Source of the DNA: Gemmatimonadota bacterium | GTDB lineage: Bacteria; Gemmatimonadota; Gemmatimonadetes; Gemmatimonadales; GWC2-71-9 | Assembly: GCA_039591075.1 (NCBI GenBank) | Contig: JBDHEI010000004.1 | Span: 29,537-93,536 of the forward strand | Direction of reading: 5' to 3' | Length of the DNA: 64,000 nt | In this document: positions 45,501 to 54,564 of the stretch, in pieces | Position numbering within the stretch: the stretch's first letter is position 1 | How the letters are laid out: each line of letters opens with the position of its first letter | The notes under the pieces: generated by a model | The model's database searches: none | What the model was told of the DNA's origin: nothing | Seen by the model: only the letters and a program-made list of their open reading frames with translations | Position numbers and translations under genes: made by a program

Positions 45501-46543
45501 TTCACAAGGCCTTCGGGCTCAGCCCTGACGCGATCGCCATCACTCGAGCGGTCGATGGCCGGATCGTCGAGATCAACGAGGCGTTCACCGAGTTGTCCGG
45601 CTATGCCCGAGAGGAAGCGGTGGGGCGCACCGCCGCGGACCTTGGTTTTTGGGGGGACGAGGGGGAGCGTGAAGCCTGGTTGAACGAACTGCGGCAGTCA
45701 GGTCGCATGCGTCGGGTCGACCGCCAGGTGCGGGACCGCCTCGGCGTTGTCCACGACGCGCAGCTCTCCACGGAGTTCATCGAGCTCGACGGTCAGCGTC
45801 ACATACTGTGGTACGCGACCGACGTTACCGAGCGGAAGCGGGCAGAGGAGGCCGTCCGCCGGTCCCGAGAGCAACTTCGTCAACTCGCGGCTCGGCTCCA
45901 AGCGGTTCGTGAGGAGGAGCGGACGGCCATCGCACGGGAGATCCACGATGAGCTCGGCCAGGCGTTGACCGGCGTCAAGATGGATCTGACCTGGCTCATT
46001 GGACGGTTTCCCAAGCACTGGAAGGCGGTGCGAGCGCGTGGGCAGGTGCTCACGACGTTGGTGGACGAGACCATCGATGTGCTGCGTGACCTGTCATCTC
46101 GGCTCCGACCGTCTGTGCTGGATGATCTCGGCCTTTCGGCGGCCGTCGAGTGGCAGGCGGCCGATTTCCAGCGTCGCGTGGGCAGTGGGGTCGAGATAGT
46201 GGCACACGTCGAGGAAGTCGAGATCAACCGGGACGGCGCCACCGCCCTCTTCCGCATCCTGCAAGAGGCGCTCACCAACGTGATCCGGCATGCGCAAGCG
46301 TCTCGGGTCGTCGTGGACCTGCGGACCAACGACCAGGCCATGGTCCTCGAAGTGCACGACGACGGGCAGGGCATTGTGGCACTGGACCTCGAAGGGACTC
46401 GGTCGCTCGGTCTCATCGGCATGCGGGAGCGAGCCACTGCGCTCGATGGCACATTGGACATCGAGTCCGGCGAAGGGACGGGAACGATCGTGCGAGCGAG
46501 GCTACCTCTGTCACGGGTCGGACGAGGAGAGAGATCCCCGTGA
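42596..46543 (+). CDS. Membrane-anchored multi-PAS sensor histidine kinase, HisKA_3 type (NarL-partner class)
   Basis: An N-terminal ~190-aa polytopic module, then about 7-8 PAS/PAC units (recurrent W...F..DIT.RK patterns). H-box EERTAIAREIHDELGQALTG, and HATPase motifs LTNVIRHA, DDGQGI and GLIGMRERA. Confidence 0.9.
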   Translation: MTSSSSLWRLLEPGRFENPEKTRSAWMMHWVLLGTAVVLLPLFPLTPLLTDRPGPVWALHSALLATTLVALWLVRRGALRGVSLGFTSMAWIIITVGAALFGGIRAPAVLSYPVVVVAAGYLVGRRAAVVFAVLGALAALGFVWGDSAGVLPEVAVTQGRLWMGVAGSLAAVTLFVEVGVSADEQRRHYAEQLAMALEAARVGTWELDPRSGAMRWGEGAERVFGIDSGRVTGTFDVYLGLVAEEDREAVHDAWRRARSGEAALAIDHRIVTTDGSARWVAVRGRPTERYDGSPVRLAGTVMDVTASRMNAEALRGSERRLAEAQRLASLASWEWDSASGTVVWSEQMYHLVGVPEDTRPSRAHLLEAFHPDDRGHVERLIERAERTGQPFEFERRLLHADGTVRHVVGRGEAVVDSDGRVRGLRGSIQDVTGRKRAESALRESEEKYRILFEHSPVGIGIADTEGHLLAFNSAMLEPGGYTREDIEQIETVADLYYDPADRESVFLALREQGAVRQHEVRFKRRRGGFYHGLMSTQPVLFNRHPALLSIVQDISSRKRVEAALQDREERLRQALAAAQAGAWHWDMQTNAVSWSEENFRLLGFEPDSMEPSYTRWLESVHPADRAAAQRDVEDAVVGRRDLDTDYRVQWPDGTVRWARDMGRIRYDGDGKPIAMYGIQIDVTDRKEVELRLRESEEQLRMVLSQIDEVVYAVDIDPAQPMVGTVTFVSDRTQQILGYTSEEFVRNPELWGQAIHPDDREAVAESTVRVLESGDGVTREYRLRQRDSGEYRWMEDRVVPQLDAEGRVTRMFGVARDVTERMETLTALRESEGRHRRLFETMAQGVVYQDAEGAIVDANPAAERILGLTLAEMQGRTSADPRWRSVHEDGSPFPADEHPSMVALRTGTAVRNVIMGVYHPKTEQHRWIDINAMPEFRMGEAEPYRAYTMFYDITARKDAEEALRASQERLHKAFGLSPDAIAITRAVDGRIVEINEAFTELSGYAREEAVGRTAADLGFWGDEGEREAWLNELRQSGRMRRVDRQVRDRLGVVHDAQLSTEFIELDGQRHILWYATDVTERKRAEEAVRRSREQLRQLAARLQAVREEERTAIAREIHDELGQALTGVKMDLTWLIGRFPKHWKAVRARGQVLTTLVDETIDVLRDLSSRLRPSVLDDLGLSAAVEWQAADFQRRVGSGVEIVAHVEEVEINRDGATALFRILQEALTNVIRHAQASRVVVDLRTNDQAMVLEVHDDGQGIVALDLEGTRSLGLIGMRERATALDGTLDIESGEGTGTIVRARLPLSRVGRGERSP

Positions 46544-47172
46544 TTCGCCTGGTGATTGCCGATGATCATCCGATCGTTCGCGAGGGATTGCATCGCATCG
46601 TCGCTGAGCATCCCGACATGACCGTCGTTGGGGAAGCGGCCGACGGCGACCGCCTCCAGGACCTCCTGCAGGACGTGACAGCGGACGTCCTCCTGCTGGA
46701 CATCTCCATGCCCGGCCTGCCGTTTCTCGAAATGATGCAGCGTCTGCGCACGACGTATCCGCGCTTGCGAGTGCTTGTCGTGAGCGCGCACCCCGAAGAC
46801 CAGTACGCGCTGCGAGCGCTCCGGGCCGGAGCCGCTGGCTATCTCACCAAGAACCACACGCCCGACGAGTTGGCGGAAGCCATTCGGCGCGTCCACCAGG
46901 GTGCCCGGTACGTGACGTCGACGCTGGCTGAAGCCTTGGCCTTCGAGCTCGATCCGGAGTACGATCGGCCCCTGCACGATCGGCTGTCGGAGCGGGAATA
47001 TCAGGTGCTCGTGAGTCTCGGTGCCGGGAAGAGCCTCAAGGAAATCGCCGCCGAGATGTCCTTGAGTCCGAAAACGGTGAGCACGTACCGGGCCCGGGTC
47101 CTGAACAAGCTCGGGCTGAAGACCACGGCAGAGCTGATTCGCTTCGCCATCGAGCAGGGACTGACGGCCTGA
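46540..47172 (+). CDS. NarL/FixJ-family response regulator (REC plus LuxR-type HTH)
   Basis: GTGA overlap with the kinase stop, and SD gaggagag. Receiver IRLVIADDHP...VLLLDISMPG. HTH LSEREYQVLVSLGAGKSLKEIAAEMSLSPKTVSTYRARVLNKLG. Confidence 0.92.
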   Translation: MIRLVIADDHPIVREGLHRIVAEHPDMTVVGEAADGDRLQDLLQDVTADVLLLDISMPGLPFLEMMQRLRTTYPRLRVLVVSAHPEDQYALRALRAGAAGYLTKNHTPDELAEAIRRVHQGARYVTSTLAEALAFELDPEYDRPLHDRLSEREYQVLVSLGAGKSLKEIAAEMSLSPKTVSTYRARVLNKLGLKTTAELIRFAIEQGLTA

Positions 47173-47344
47173 CCGGGTGACTCTCGGTATGTAAGGCATT
47201 CCCTACACGCGTCGGACTCGACCGACCGGGTCTGCTTCCCTCTTCGTACGACCCCACCCGTCCCGAGCTTACTGCGCGCCGTCCCGTCCGCACGGTATCC
47301 TCCCATGAGGAGGCCACCATGGCACGTCGGGTGGGAAAAACCAT

Positions 47345-47740
47345 ATGGCAACAGCAATAGGTGGGCGAGTGCTTCGCGTACTGATCGTCGATGACTCGGA
47401 TGTCATCCGCCAGCGACTGGTGGCGATGCTCGCCGAGGTCGAGGCCGTCAACGTCGTGGGCGAGGCATCGGACGGTGAGACGGGGCTCGTGGTGGCGCAG
47501 GAGACGAAGCCCGATGTCGTCATCCTGGACATCCGCATGCCCGGACTCAGCGGCATCACGGTTCTGCAGCGCCTGCAGGAGTTCGATTCGCCGCCCAAGG
47601 TAATGGTCCTGACGAACTTCCCCTATGCAGCGTACCGCACACGCTGTCGCGCCCTCGGCGCAGCGTACTTCTTCGACAAGTCCACCGAATTCGAGGCCGC
47701 CCTCGCGGCTCTGCTGGTGATGGCCGCCAAATCGCGGTAG
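47345..47740 (+). CDS. Single-domain CheY-like response regulator
   Basis: VLIVDDSDVIRQRL...VVILDIRMPGLSG...FFDKS. 131 aa with no output domain. Confidence 0.85.
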   Translation: MATAIGGRVLRVLIVDDSDVIRQRLVAMLAEVEAVNVVGEASDGETGLVVAQETKPDVVILDIRMPGLSGITVLQRLQEFDSPPKVMVLTNFPYAAYRTRCRALGAAYFFDKSTEFEAALAALLVMAAKSR

Positions 47741-47766
47741 GGAGGCGGAGTGGAGATGCGCACCCC

Positions 47767-50700
47767 GTGAGCGCGGCCGACCTGGGAGTGGTGCTGGCCG
47801 CAGCGGTGCCAATGCTGGCGTGGTGGCGACGCAGGCCAACCCGAAAGGCGGCCCCGGAACGGTCGAGTCGACAGCTAGACTGGCAGGCCGTCGTCGAACT
47901 CGCGCTGGACCGAGATATCGTCGCCATGCTCGACGAAGCTGGGTGCGTCACGTACGTCAGCCCGGCAATCACGTCGGTGTTGGGCTACCCGCAGAGGGCA
48001 GTTGTCGGCCAGAGCGTCTTCGATCTGGTGCATCCGACTGATCTTCCTCGGGCCAAGGAGGCGTTCGTGGCGGGGCTCGAGCAGGCGGGCTCGGCTCCGC
48101 CGAGCGAACTCCGTGTGCGGCACGCCGATGGCTCGTGGCGGAAGGTCGAGGTGCTCGGCAACAACCGGCTCGCAGACCCCGAGTTCAGTTGCATCATGCT
48201 CGCCGTCCGGGACATCACCGAGCGCACGCGTTCCGCCGAAGAGCTGCGCAGGGCGTGGAGCCAGACGCAGCAGTATCTCGACCTCGCTGAAGTCATCTTC
48301 GTAGGGCTGGACCGTCAGGGCCAGGTGGCACTGGTCAACCGCAAGGGCCTCAGTCTTCTCGGCTACGAGCGCGAATCGGCCATCGTGGGGAAGCCCTGGT
48401 TTGAGACCTTTCTTCCCAAGGACGAAGTAGAAACCGATCGCGCGGAATTCGAGGCGGCGATGTCGGGCGACGGTGGCCTGCCCGAGTACTACGAGAACGC
48501 GATCGTGACCCACAGCGGTGCTCGCCGCCTCATCGCGTGGCACAACGTCGTCCTGCGGCACAGCAATGGAGTCCCGATGGGCACGCTCTCGTCGGGCGAA
48601 GACATCACCGAGCGCCGAGGGGCCGAGAAGGCGCTTCAAGAGAGTCAGGATCGATTTCGAGCCGTGTTCGAGGGGGCTGGGATCGGCGTAACCATCGTTG
48701 ATCCCGAGAACATGTTCGTGAGCTGCAACGAGGCGATCGAACGGTTTCTCGGATACTCGCGGGATGAGCTTTTCGCGATGAGACTCGCCGACGTGAGTCA
48801 TCCCAGAGACTACGCGGAAGTGCTCGAGCTCAAGCGACGGATGATTGAAACGGGACAGCCGGTGGGTGTGCTCGAGAACCGGTACCTCCGCAAGGATGGG
48901 TCACTGGTCTGGGGGCGACTGACCCTCTCCCTCTTGCTCGACGAGCAGGGTGATCTGCAATTCGCAGTGGCCATGGTGGAGGACATCACCCGACGGCGAC
49001 AGTCAGAAGCAAAGATGCGCCTCTCCGACAGCATCTTGCAGTCGGTGGGAAATCTCGTAGTCGTGGCTGACGATACCGGGCAGATTCGGTACATCAGTCC
49101 GTCGGTGCGACGGATTCTCGGCTTGGATCCACACGAGTGTTTGGAAGATGGGTGGTGGCGTCTGACACTGAGCGACCCACAGGAACGAGAGCAGGAGCAA
49201 ACCCTCGTGGCATCCAAGGCTGCGGGCCGTGAGCCACTCGGTGACACTCCGTACGAGCGAGTTGCGATGGACGTCCAAGGGCAGCAACGGCGCCTGGAAT
49301 GGACCGACAGCCAGGGCCCGTACAATCTCCTCATCAGGGTCGCACACGACGTCACCGAGCGGAAGGAGGCGGAGGAAGCGCTGCGGGAGCGGGAGGACCG
49401 GTTCCGGGCGGTGGCAGAATCGGCTGTCGATTCCATCCTCGTCGCGGATGCGCAGGGACGCATTGTGTTCTGCAACCATGCGGCGGAGCAGGTCTTCGGT
49501 TACTCCCACGCTGAGATGCACCTGCTGCCGATCGCGAAGCTCATCCCGGATCCATCTACTGGGCCGACCGAGAGCGACCACGAGGAGCCCGAGCGGAATG
49601 TGGCGCCGATGGGCCTCCCGGGGAGCATCATCGAGGCGGTAGGACGCCGACGCGACGGGTCGACGCTCCCCGTCGAGATGTCGGTGGGATCGTGGGATGT
49701 GCAGGGACAGCAGTTCTTCAGTTGGGTCATTCGTGACATCACGGAGCGCAAGAAAGGAGAGGCGGCGCTCAAGCATTCAGAGTCGAGCTTGCGCGCGCTG
49801 ATCGATCATGCGCTCTACGGTATCTATCGCTCGAGTCCCGAAGGGAGATTCCTTGCGGCCAATCCCGCACTGGTGGAGATGCTCGGCTACGACAAGGAGG
49901 CGGAGGTCCTGAAACTTGACATGGCCAGGGACGTCTATTCCCGGGCGGCCGAGCGTGCCAGACTTGTCAAGGAATTCTCGGGGGCCGATCGCATCGATGG
50001 CGTGGAGGTGACCTGGCGGCGCAAGGATGGGAGCCTATTTTCGGTGCGGCTCAGCGGCCGGCCGGTCCACGACACGAACGGTCGGGTGCAGTACTTCGAG
50101 ATGGTGGCGGAAGACATCACCGAGCGTCGGGCTCTGGAGAACCAGCTGCGGCACGCGCAGAAGATGGAGGCCGTCGGCCAGCTCACTGCAGGTATCGCAC
50201 ACGACTTCAACAACATCCTCACCGCCATTCTGGCCAATACGGAGCTGCTGCAGGAATCGTTGCCGCCGGAGCAGACCGAGGTGCTCCAGGACGTCGATGA
50301 GATCGGCAAGGCCGCACGACGCGCGACCGACATGATCAAGCAACTCATGACGTTCGGCCGTCGCGAACAGCTCGACCGGTCACCGCTGGACCTGAGCCAA
50401 TTCGTCCGGCAGGTGTCGACCATGCTCCGTCGCTTGCTTCCCGAGAACATCGAGATTCGCTTGGAGACTGGCAACGCCGGATTTGCCCATGCCAACCCCA
50501 GTGCGATGGAGCAGATTCTGCTCAATCTCGCGACGAATGCGCGCGACGCGATGCCGGCAGGTGGCGTGCTCCGGATCGAGACGCGTCACGCGGCCCTCGA
50601 CGAGCAGTATCGCACGACGCACGGGTGGGGGGTCCCGGGCGAGTACGAGTGCCTGTCGGTGAGCGACACGGGGACCGGGATGGATGCCCGCACACGTGAG

Positions 50701-51306
50701 CGGATCTTCGAGCCGTTCTTCACGACCAAACCCCAGGGGCAAGGGACGGGTCTCGGCCTCGCAATGGTCTATGGATTGGTGAAGCAGCACGCCGGCTACA
50801 TCAACGTGTACAGTGAGCCGGCGCTCGGGACAACCTTCAGGATCTATGTGCCGACCTCGACCGAAGAGCACGTGCTCCCGGAGCCCGCGGTGTCCGAGGG
50901 CATGCCGACCGGCACCGAGACCATTCTGGTGGTGGAGGATGAGGCCGCCATCCGGCGGTCGGTGCAGCGAATCCTGGAACGGCAAGGATACCGGGTGCTG
51001 ACGGCGGAAAACGGCCAGCAGGCGACGGAGTTCCTGCGCGACCACGGGCCGAGCCTCGACCTCGTCATCACCGACCTCGTCATGCCCAAGCTCAGTGGCA
51101 AGCAGTTGTTCGAAGCTGCCCAAGCGCGGGGCTACGGCGTGAAGTTCCTCTTTACGAGCGGGTACTCCGAAATAGACGTCTCCAAGGTGCGACCGGAAGG
51201 TCGAGACGTGCCGTTTCTTCGGAAACCGTGGACGGTGGCGGAGTTGTTGAGCAAGGTGCGTGAAGCGATCGACCAGCCGCTCGCGGATGCGGAAGGTCGA
51301 GCCTGA
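47767..51306 (+). CDS. Multi-PAS hybrid histidine kinase with C-terminal receiver
   Basis: GTG start and one N-terminal TM, then about 6 PAS/PAC units. H-box [13 protein letters not shown], and HATPase motifs [16 protein letters not shown] and [21 protein letters not shown]...[13 protein letters not shown]...LRKPW. Confidence 0.9.
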   Translation: MSAADLGVVLAAAVPMLAWWRRRPTRKAAPERSSRQLDWQAVVELALDRDIVAMLDEAGCVTYVSPAITSVLGYPQRAVVGQSVFDLVHPTDLPRAKEAFVAGLEQAGSAPPSELRVRHADGSWRKVEVLGNNRLADPEFSCIMLAVRDITERTRSAEELRRAWSQTQQYLDLAEVIFVGLDRQGQVALVNRKGLSLLGYERESAIVGKPWFETFLPKDEVETDRAEFEAAMSGDGGLPEYYENAIVTHSGARRLIAWHNVVLRHSNGVPMGTLSSGEDITERRGAEKALQESQDRFRAVFEGAGIGVTIVDPENMFVSCNEAIERFLGYSRDELFAMRLADVSHPRDYAEVLELKRRMIETGQPVGVLENRYLRKDGSLVWGRLTLSLLLDEQGDLQFAVAMVEDITRRRQSEAKMRLSDSILQSVGNLVVVADDTGQIRYISPSVRRILGLDPHECLEDGWWRLTLSDPQEREQEQTLVASKAAGREPLGDTPYERVAMDVQGQQRRLEWTDSQGPYNLLIRVAHDVTERKEAEEALREREDRFRAVAESAVDSILVADAQGRIVFCNHAAEQVFGYSHAEMHLLPIAKLIPDPSTGPTESDHEEPERNVAPMGLPGSIIEAVGRRRDGSTLPVEMSVGSWDVQGQQFFSWVIRDITERKKGEAALKHSESSLRALIDHALYGIYRSSPEGRFLAANPALVEMLGYDKEAEVLKLDMARDVYSRAAERARLVKEFSGADRIDGVEVTWRRKDGSLFSVRLSGRPVHDTNGRVQYFEMVAEDITERRALENQLRHAQKMEAVGQLTAGIAHDFNNILTAILANTELLQESLPPEQTEVLQDVDEIGKAARRATDMIKQLMTFGRREQLDRSPLDLSQFVRQVSTMLRRLLPENIEIRLETGNAGFAHANPSAMEQILLNLATNARDAMPAGGVLRIETRHAALDEQYRTTHGWGVPGEYECLSVSDTGTGMDARTRERIFEPFFTTKPQGQGTGLGLAMVYGLVKQHAGYINVYSEPALGTTFRIYVPTSTEEHVLPEPAVSEGMPTGTETILVVEDEAAIRRSVQRILERQGYRVLTAENGQQATEFLRDHGPSLDLVITDLVMPKLSGKQLFEAAQARGYGVKFLFTSGYSEIDVSKVRPEGRDVPFLRKPWTVAELLSKVREAIDQPLADAEGRA

Positions 51307-51328
51307 CGGGTACTGTTGCCTGCGTTTA

Positions 51329-52171
51329 CTACCGCAGCCGTCCGCTCAGTCCCAGCACGAGCTGCGCACCCGCGGGGAAGGTACGGCCCGCCAGCGGATA
51401 GCGTCCCCCCGCCTCGACCCACACGGGACCCACCACCTGGACGGCGCCGCCGAGTTGCAGGGTCAGGATGCGCCGCGAGCTGGAGGTCTCGATGCCTTCC
51501 ACGATCCAGTTCCGCCCCGCGAACCCGTCCAGCGTGGCCTTCAGCAGTGTCCGCGTGGAAGGGTTGACCCCTCCTTCGAGGAGGAATACGTACTCGCCAC
51601 CGGGATCCTTGAGCGTCGTCGCATTGGCGAACCTGGCTCGATAGCCCGCCCATAGCTCCGCATAGATCGGGGCCGGCCAGAAGGAATGGCCGATCTCCCC
51701 AAACACCTCGAGGTCCCACTGCCCTTCGCCGAGGGGGACGATGGTCACGTCGAGTGGGGAGAATCCAAGCGGTGCCTTGGCGCCGACGCGCAGTGCGAGG
51801 GGCGTCGACGCCCCGAGCTGTACGGGTTGCCACCGGAGCCACGCCCGGACGTCGCCGAACCCTCGGCTGTGCAGATCCTCCGCCGGGCTCGAGAACGCGA
51901 GGTCGAGGAACGGGATCTGGAGCCACAGGTCGAGCCGTGGGTGGAGACCGACGATCACGTCGGTGAAGATGGCCCGGGAGTTCGAGGTGCCCTGATCGAT
52001 GCGCTCCCGCCGGTTCCCCACTGCATCGAACTCCTGGCCGGTTCGCTGCCAGAACATCGCACTCTTCAGCCACACTTTGCCGGCCTTCCCCTGCGTCCAC
52101 TGTGCCCACGCCGGACTGGCGTGGAGGAAGCCCGTCCCGGTCAGGAGAACGACAAGAACAACCCGGATCAC
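51329..52171 (-). CDS. Putative outer-membrane beta-barrel protein
   Basis: The GTG at 52171 overlaps the upstream TGA (GTGA). Signal VIRVVLVVLLTGTGFLHASPAWAQ, then alternating amphipathic strands throughout. The family is not firmly recognised. Confidence 0.6.
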   Translation of the reverse strand: MIRVVLVVLLTGTGFLHASPAWAQWTQGKAGKVWLKSAMFWQRTGQEFDAVGNRRERIDQGTSNSRAIFTDVIVGLHPRLDLWLQIPFLDLAFSSPAEDLHSRGFGDVRAWLRWQPVQLGASTPLALRVGAKAPLGFSPLDVTIVPLGEGQWDLEVFGEIGHSFWPAPIYAELWAGYRARFANATTLKDPGGEYVFLLEGGVNPSTRTLLKATLDGFAGRNWIVEGIETSSSRRILTLQLGGAVQVVGPVWVEAGGRYPLAGRTFPAGAQLVLGLSGRLR

Positions 52172-53283
52172 AGATCCGGCAGCCGGGTGCTCGGGTGGAA
52201 AACGGACCAGGAAAACCAGAACAACGTGTAGGCGTCGGCGAGCCGCTCGAGCGCCGCGCCCTGAAGCGGTCCGGCCACCGCCACGCCGCGAGCATCCCAT
52301 AGAGAGCCGGTCTCGACATCGCGCAGAACGAACCCACCGGAGTCGGCGACAACGAACGTGAATGGCTGTCCATTCACCGTACGGTCGAACCCGCGCATCG
52401 TCCGGTGTGCACCAACGTACGTCACCAGAATGGGGCGCCCGCCCACCGTGTCGTTGTGGGCCACGGCTGAGCCGAGGCTCGCGAGCGCCTCCAGGGGGTA
52501 CGCGGCAGAGGCAGCGCCTTCATGCACCCCGAGCACCAACTCCTTTGGCGGCCGTGACCGATCCCACGTCGACGACGGAAAGAACGTCGTGGCGTTGTTT
52601 GGTTGATCGTACGTGCCGTACGGGTATCGGTCGTAATCTCGGGAGTAGCCGGTGTTCAACGTGACGATCGTAGTCTGGGGGTGCAGGCTCCTCCACGCAC
52701 CCCACGTGGTCTCGACGATGGGGAGTCGGGTCAATTCGGCGCCACGCTCCGGACCGCACTGCGATCCCAGGAGCAGTTGATTCCAGAGACTCCGGGTGTC
52801 CCGGTCGAACATCATCAGGTTGTTCTCGTAGAGCAGTCCCGAGACTCCGAAGTTCCTGATCTGGCCATTCACTTCGGGATCGAACGCGAGCCCCGATCCG
52901 GTGAGCGGGCAATACGAGACGAGCACATCCTCGCCGCCGAGGGTGTCATTGACGAGTTCGTGCCACCACATGATCCGCAGTGGATAGGCGCGCGCCGCGC
53001 CGTTGATCTCGAGACCCAGCACCCTATCGTCAGCGCGGATCACAAACTCGGCGGCAGGACCCCCAGCGATTTCCGGATACTCGAGGGCGGGGATGCCGTC
53101 CGGGCCAGGTCCGCCATCGAAGATGGCCGATGTGGGAAGGCTGCACTGTAGGTCGGGCGGGTTCTTCGGATCGGGCTCGCTGGACTCCACATCGACGCAA
53201 GCCAGGTTCAGTGCGAGACCGCAGAACGCCGCCGTCCGGATAACCCACCGGGTGGCGTGGCCGGATTGTAGGTGGTTGGACAT
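52168..53283 (-). CDS. DUF3179 family protein (copy 2)
   Basis: Motifs GPDGIPALEYPE, ARAYPLRIMWWHELVNDTLGGEDVLVSYCPLTGSGLAFD and NLMMFDRDTRSLWNQ. The ATG at 53283 has the SD gggagaag; an alternative ATG lies at 53313. Confidence 0.8.
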   Translation of the reverse strand: MSNHLQSGHATRWVIRTAAFCGLALNLACVDVESSEPDPKNPPDLQCSLPTSAIFDGGPGPDGIPALEYPEIAGGPAAEFVIRADDRVLGLEINGAARAYPLRIMWWHELVNDTLGGEDVLVSYCPLTGSGLAFDPEVNGQIRNFGVSGLLYENNLMMFDRDTRSLWNQLLLGSQCGPERGAELTRLPIVETTWGAWRSLHPQTTIVTLNTGYSRDYDRYPYGTYDQPNNATTFFPSSTWDRSRPPKELVLGVHEGAASAAYPLEALASLGSAVAHNDTVGGRPILVTYVGAHRTMRGFDRTVNGQPFTFVVADSGGFVLRDVETGSLWDARGVAVAGPLQGAALERLADAYTLFWFSWSVFHPSTRLPDL

Positions 53284-53343
53284 TGCTCTTCTCCCAACGG
53301 CCGCGGGATCCATTCGGTTCCCGCCACCCGTGTCATTCGCCCG

Positions 53344-54459
53344 CTATCGTCTGATCTTGGTATCGGGCTTGAAGGCCGCCCAGGCGAACCAGAAGTGATT
53401 GCCGTGGGGGACGGGGTCCAACGCCGTGCCCGTAAGCGGTCCAGCGATTGCACTCCCCACGATGGTCCAGGTCGAACCCGTCTGCCGATCGCGAAACAGA
53501 CCATCACCCGCCGCCTCGAAGGTCAGGGTTCGCCCGCCCACTCGACGCCCGAAGACCCCACTCGATCCCACGTCCCTCCCGCCGGCGATATTCGCCGCGT
53601 CCACGGCGCTGGCGGTCCCGGGTGCCCACAAGACGACGATCGGTCGCCCGTCCATCTGGTCGTTCATGACGCGCCGCCGCCGGAGGGTCGTGAACGGATA
53701 GGCCAAACTCGTCTGGGAGGATGACATTGCCACGACGCGCTCCATGGCGGGCATCCGGTCGTCAGCGGGCTTCCGAAAGAAGCGACTCCACGGTGCGCCG
53801 TCAGGGTCGTCATAGCCCGTGTACGGGTTGCGACCGTACGGGCGGTCGTGGCCCGTCTCCCGCGAAAGCACACGGCCGTCCGGATGGCTGGACTTGAAGG
53901 TGGACCAACTCACCGTTGGCGCGCTGACCGGCACCAACTGGCCGCCTGCTAGCTCTCCGACGATCCCCTCGCCGGTTGCCTGCTGCCACCAGCTTTCGGT
54001 TTGGCGGTCGTACATCACGAGATCGGAGTGGCGCAGTCGTCCGGTGGTGCCGAAGTCGAGCACCAGCTCGTTGAAGCGGCGGTCGAACACCAAGGCCGTG
54101 TTACACAATGGGCAGTAGGTAATGGTGACCGGAACGCCGCCAACGCGATCGTTCACGATCTCGTGCCAGATGAGGATCTGCAGGGGATAGGCCCGCACGT
54201 CCGCGCCCATGGCGACGACGATCACAGGCTCGCGGTCCCCCAGCCATTGGTCGGCTTCCCGAGTAGAAACGAAGACTGGCTGGTCGATCGCCGGGATACC
54301 GTCCTTCGGAGGTCCGCCCGAGACGATCTCGTCGAGTGGGACCGTGTGCCGGGAGAAGTCAGTGCGCCATGTGTCGGCCGATTGGGCCAGGGTCCCGCCG
54401 GGCACCAGCCACCCGACGCCCAGGAGGCCAACGACCGACCATCGCAAGTAGGTATGCAT
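53344..54459 (-). CDS. DUF3179 family protein (copy 1)
   Basis: Signal MHTYLRWSVVGLLGVGWLVPGGTLAQS. Motifs PKDGIPAIDQPVF, VRAYPLQILIWHEIVNDRVGGVPVTITYCPLCNTALVFD and DLVMYDRQTESWWQQ. Confidence 0.82.
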   Translation of the reverse strand: MHTYLRWSVVGLLGVGWLVPGGTLAQSADTWRTDFSRHTVPLDEIVSGGPPKDGIPAIDQPVFVSTREADQWLGDREPVIVVAMGADVRAYPLQILIWHEIVNDRVGGVPVTITYCPLCNTALVFDRRFNELVLDFGTTGRLRHSDLVMYDRQTESWWQQATGEGIVGELAGGQLVPVSAPTVSWSTFKSSHPDGRVLSRETGHDRPYGRNPYTGYDDPDGAPWSRFFRKPADDRMPAMERVVAMSSSQTSLAYPFTTLRRRRVMNDQMDGRPIVVLWAPGTASAVDAANIAGGRDVGSSGVFGRRVGGRTLTFEAAGDGLFRDRQTGSTWTIVGSAIAGPLTGTALDPVPHGNHFWFAWAAFKPDTKIRR

Positions 54460-54564
54460 GAACCACGCTCCCGTGACGATCTCGTGTCCTTCCGAGATGG
54501 AGAACGGGTGACCGCGTGCGATGGTTCCGATCGAGGATGCTGGAAGAAAGGGATTCCGGGGAGA

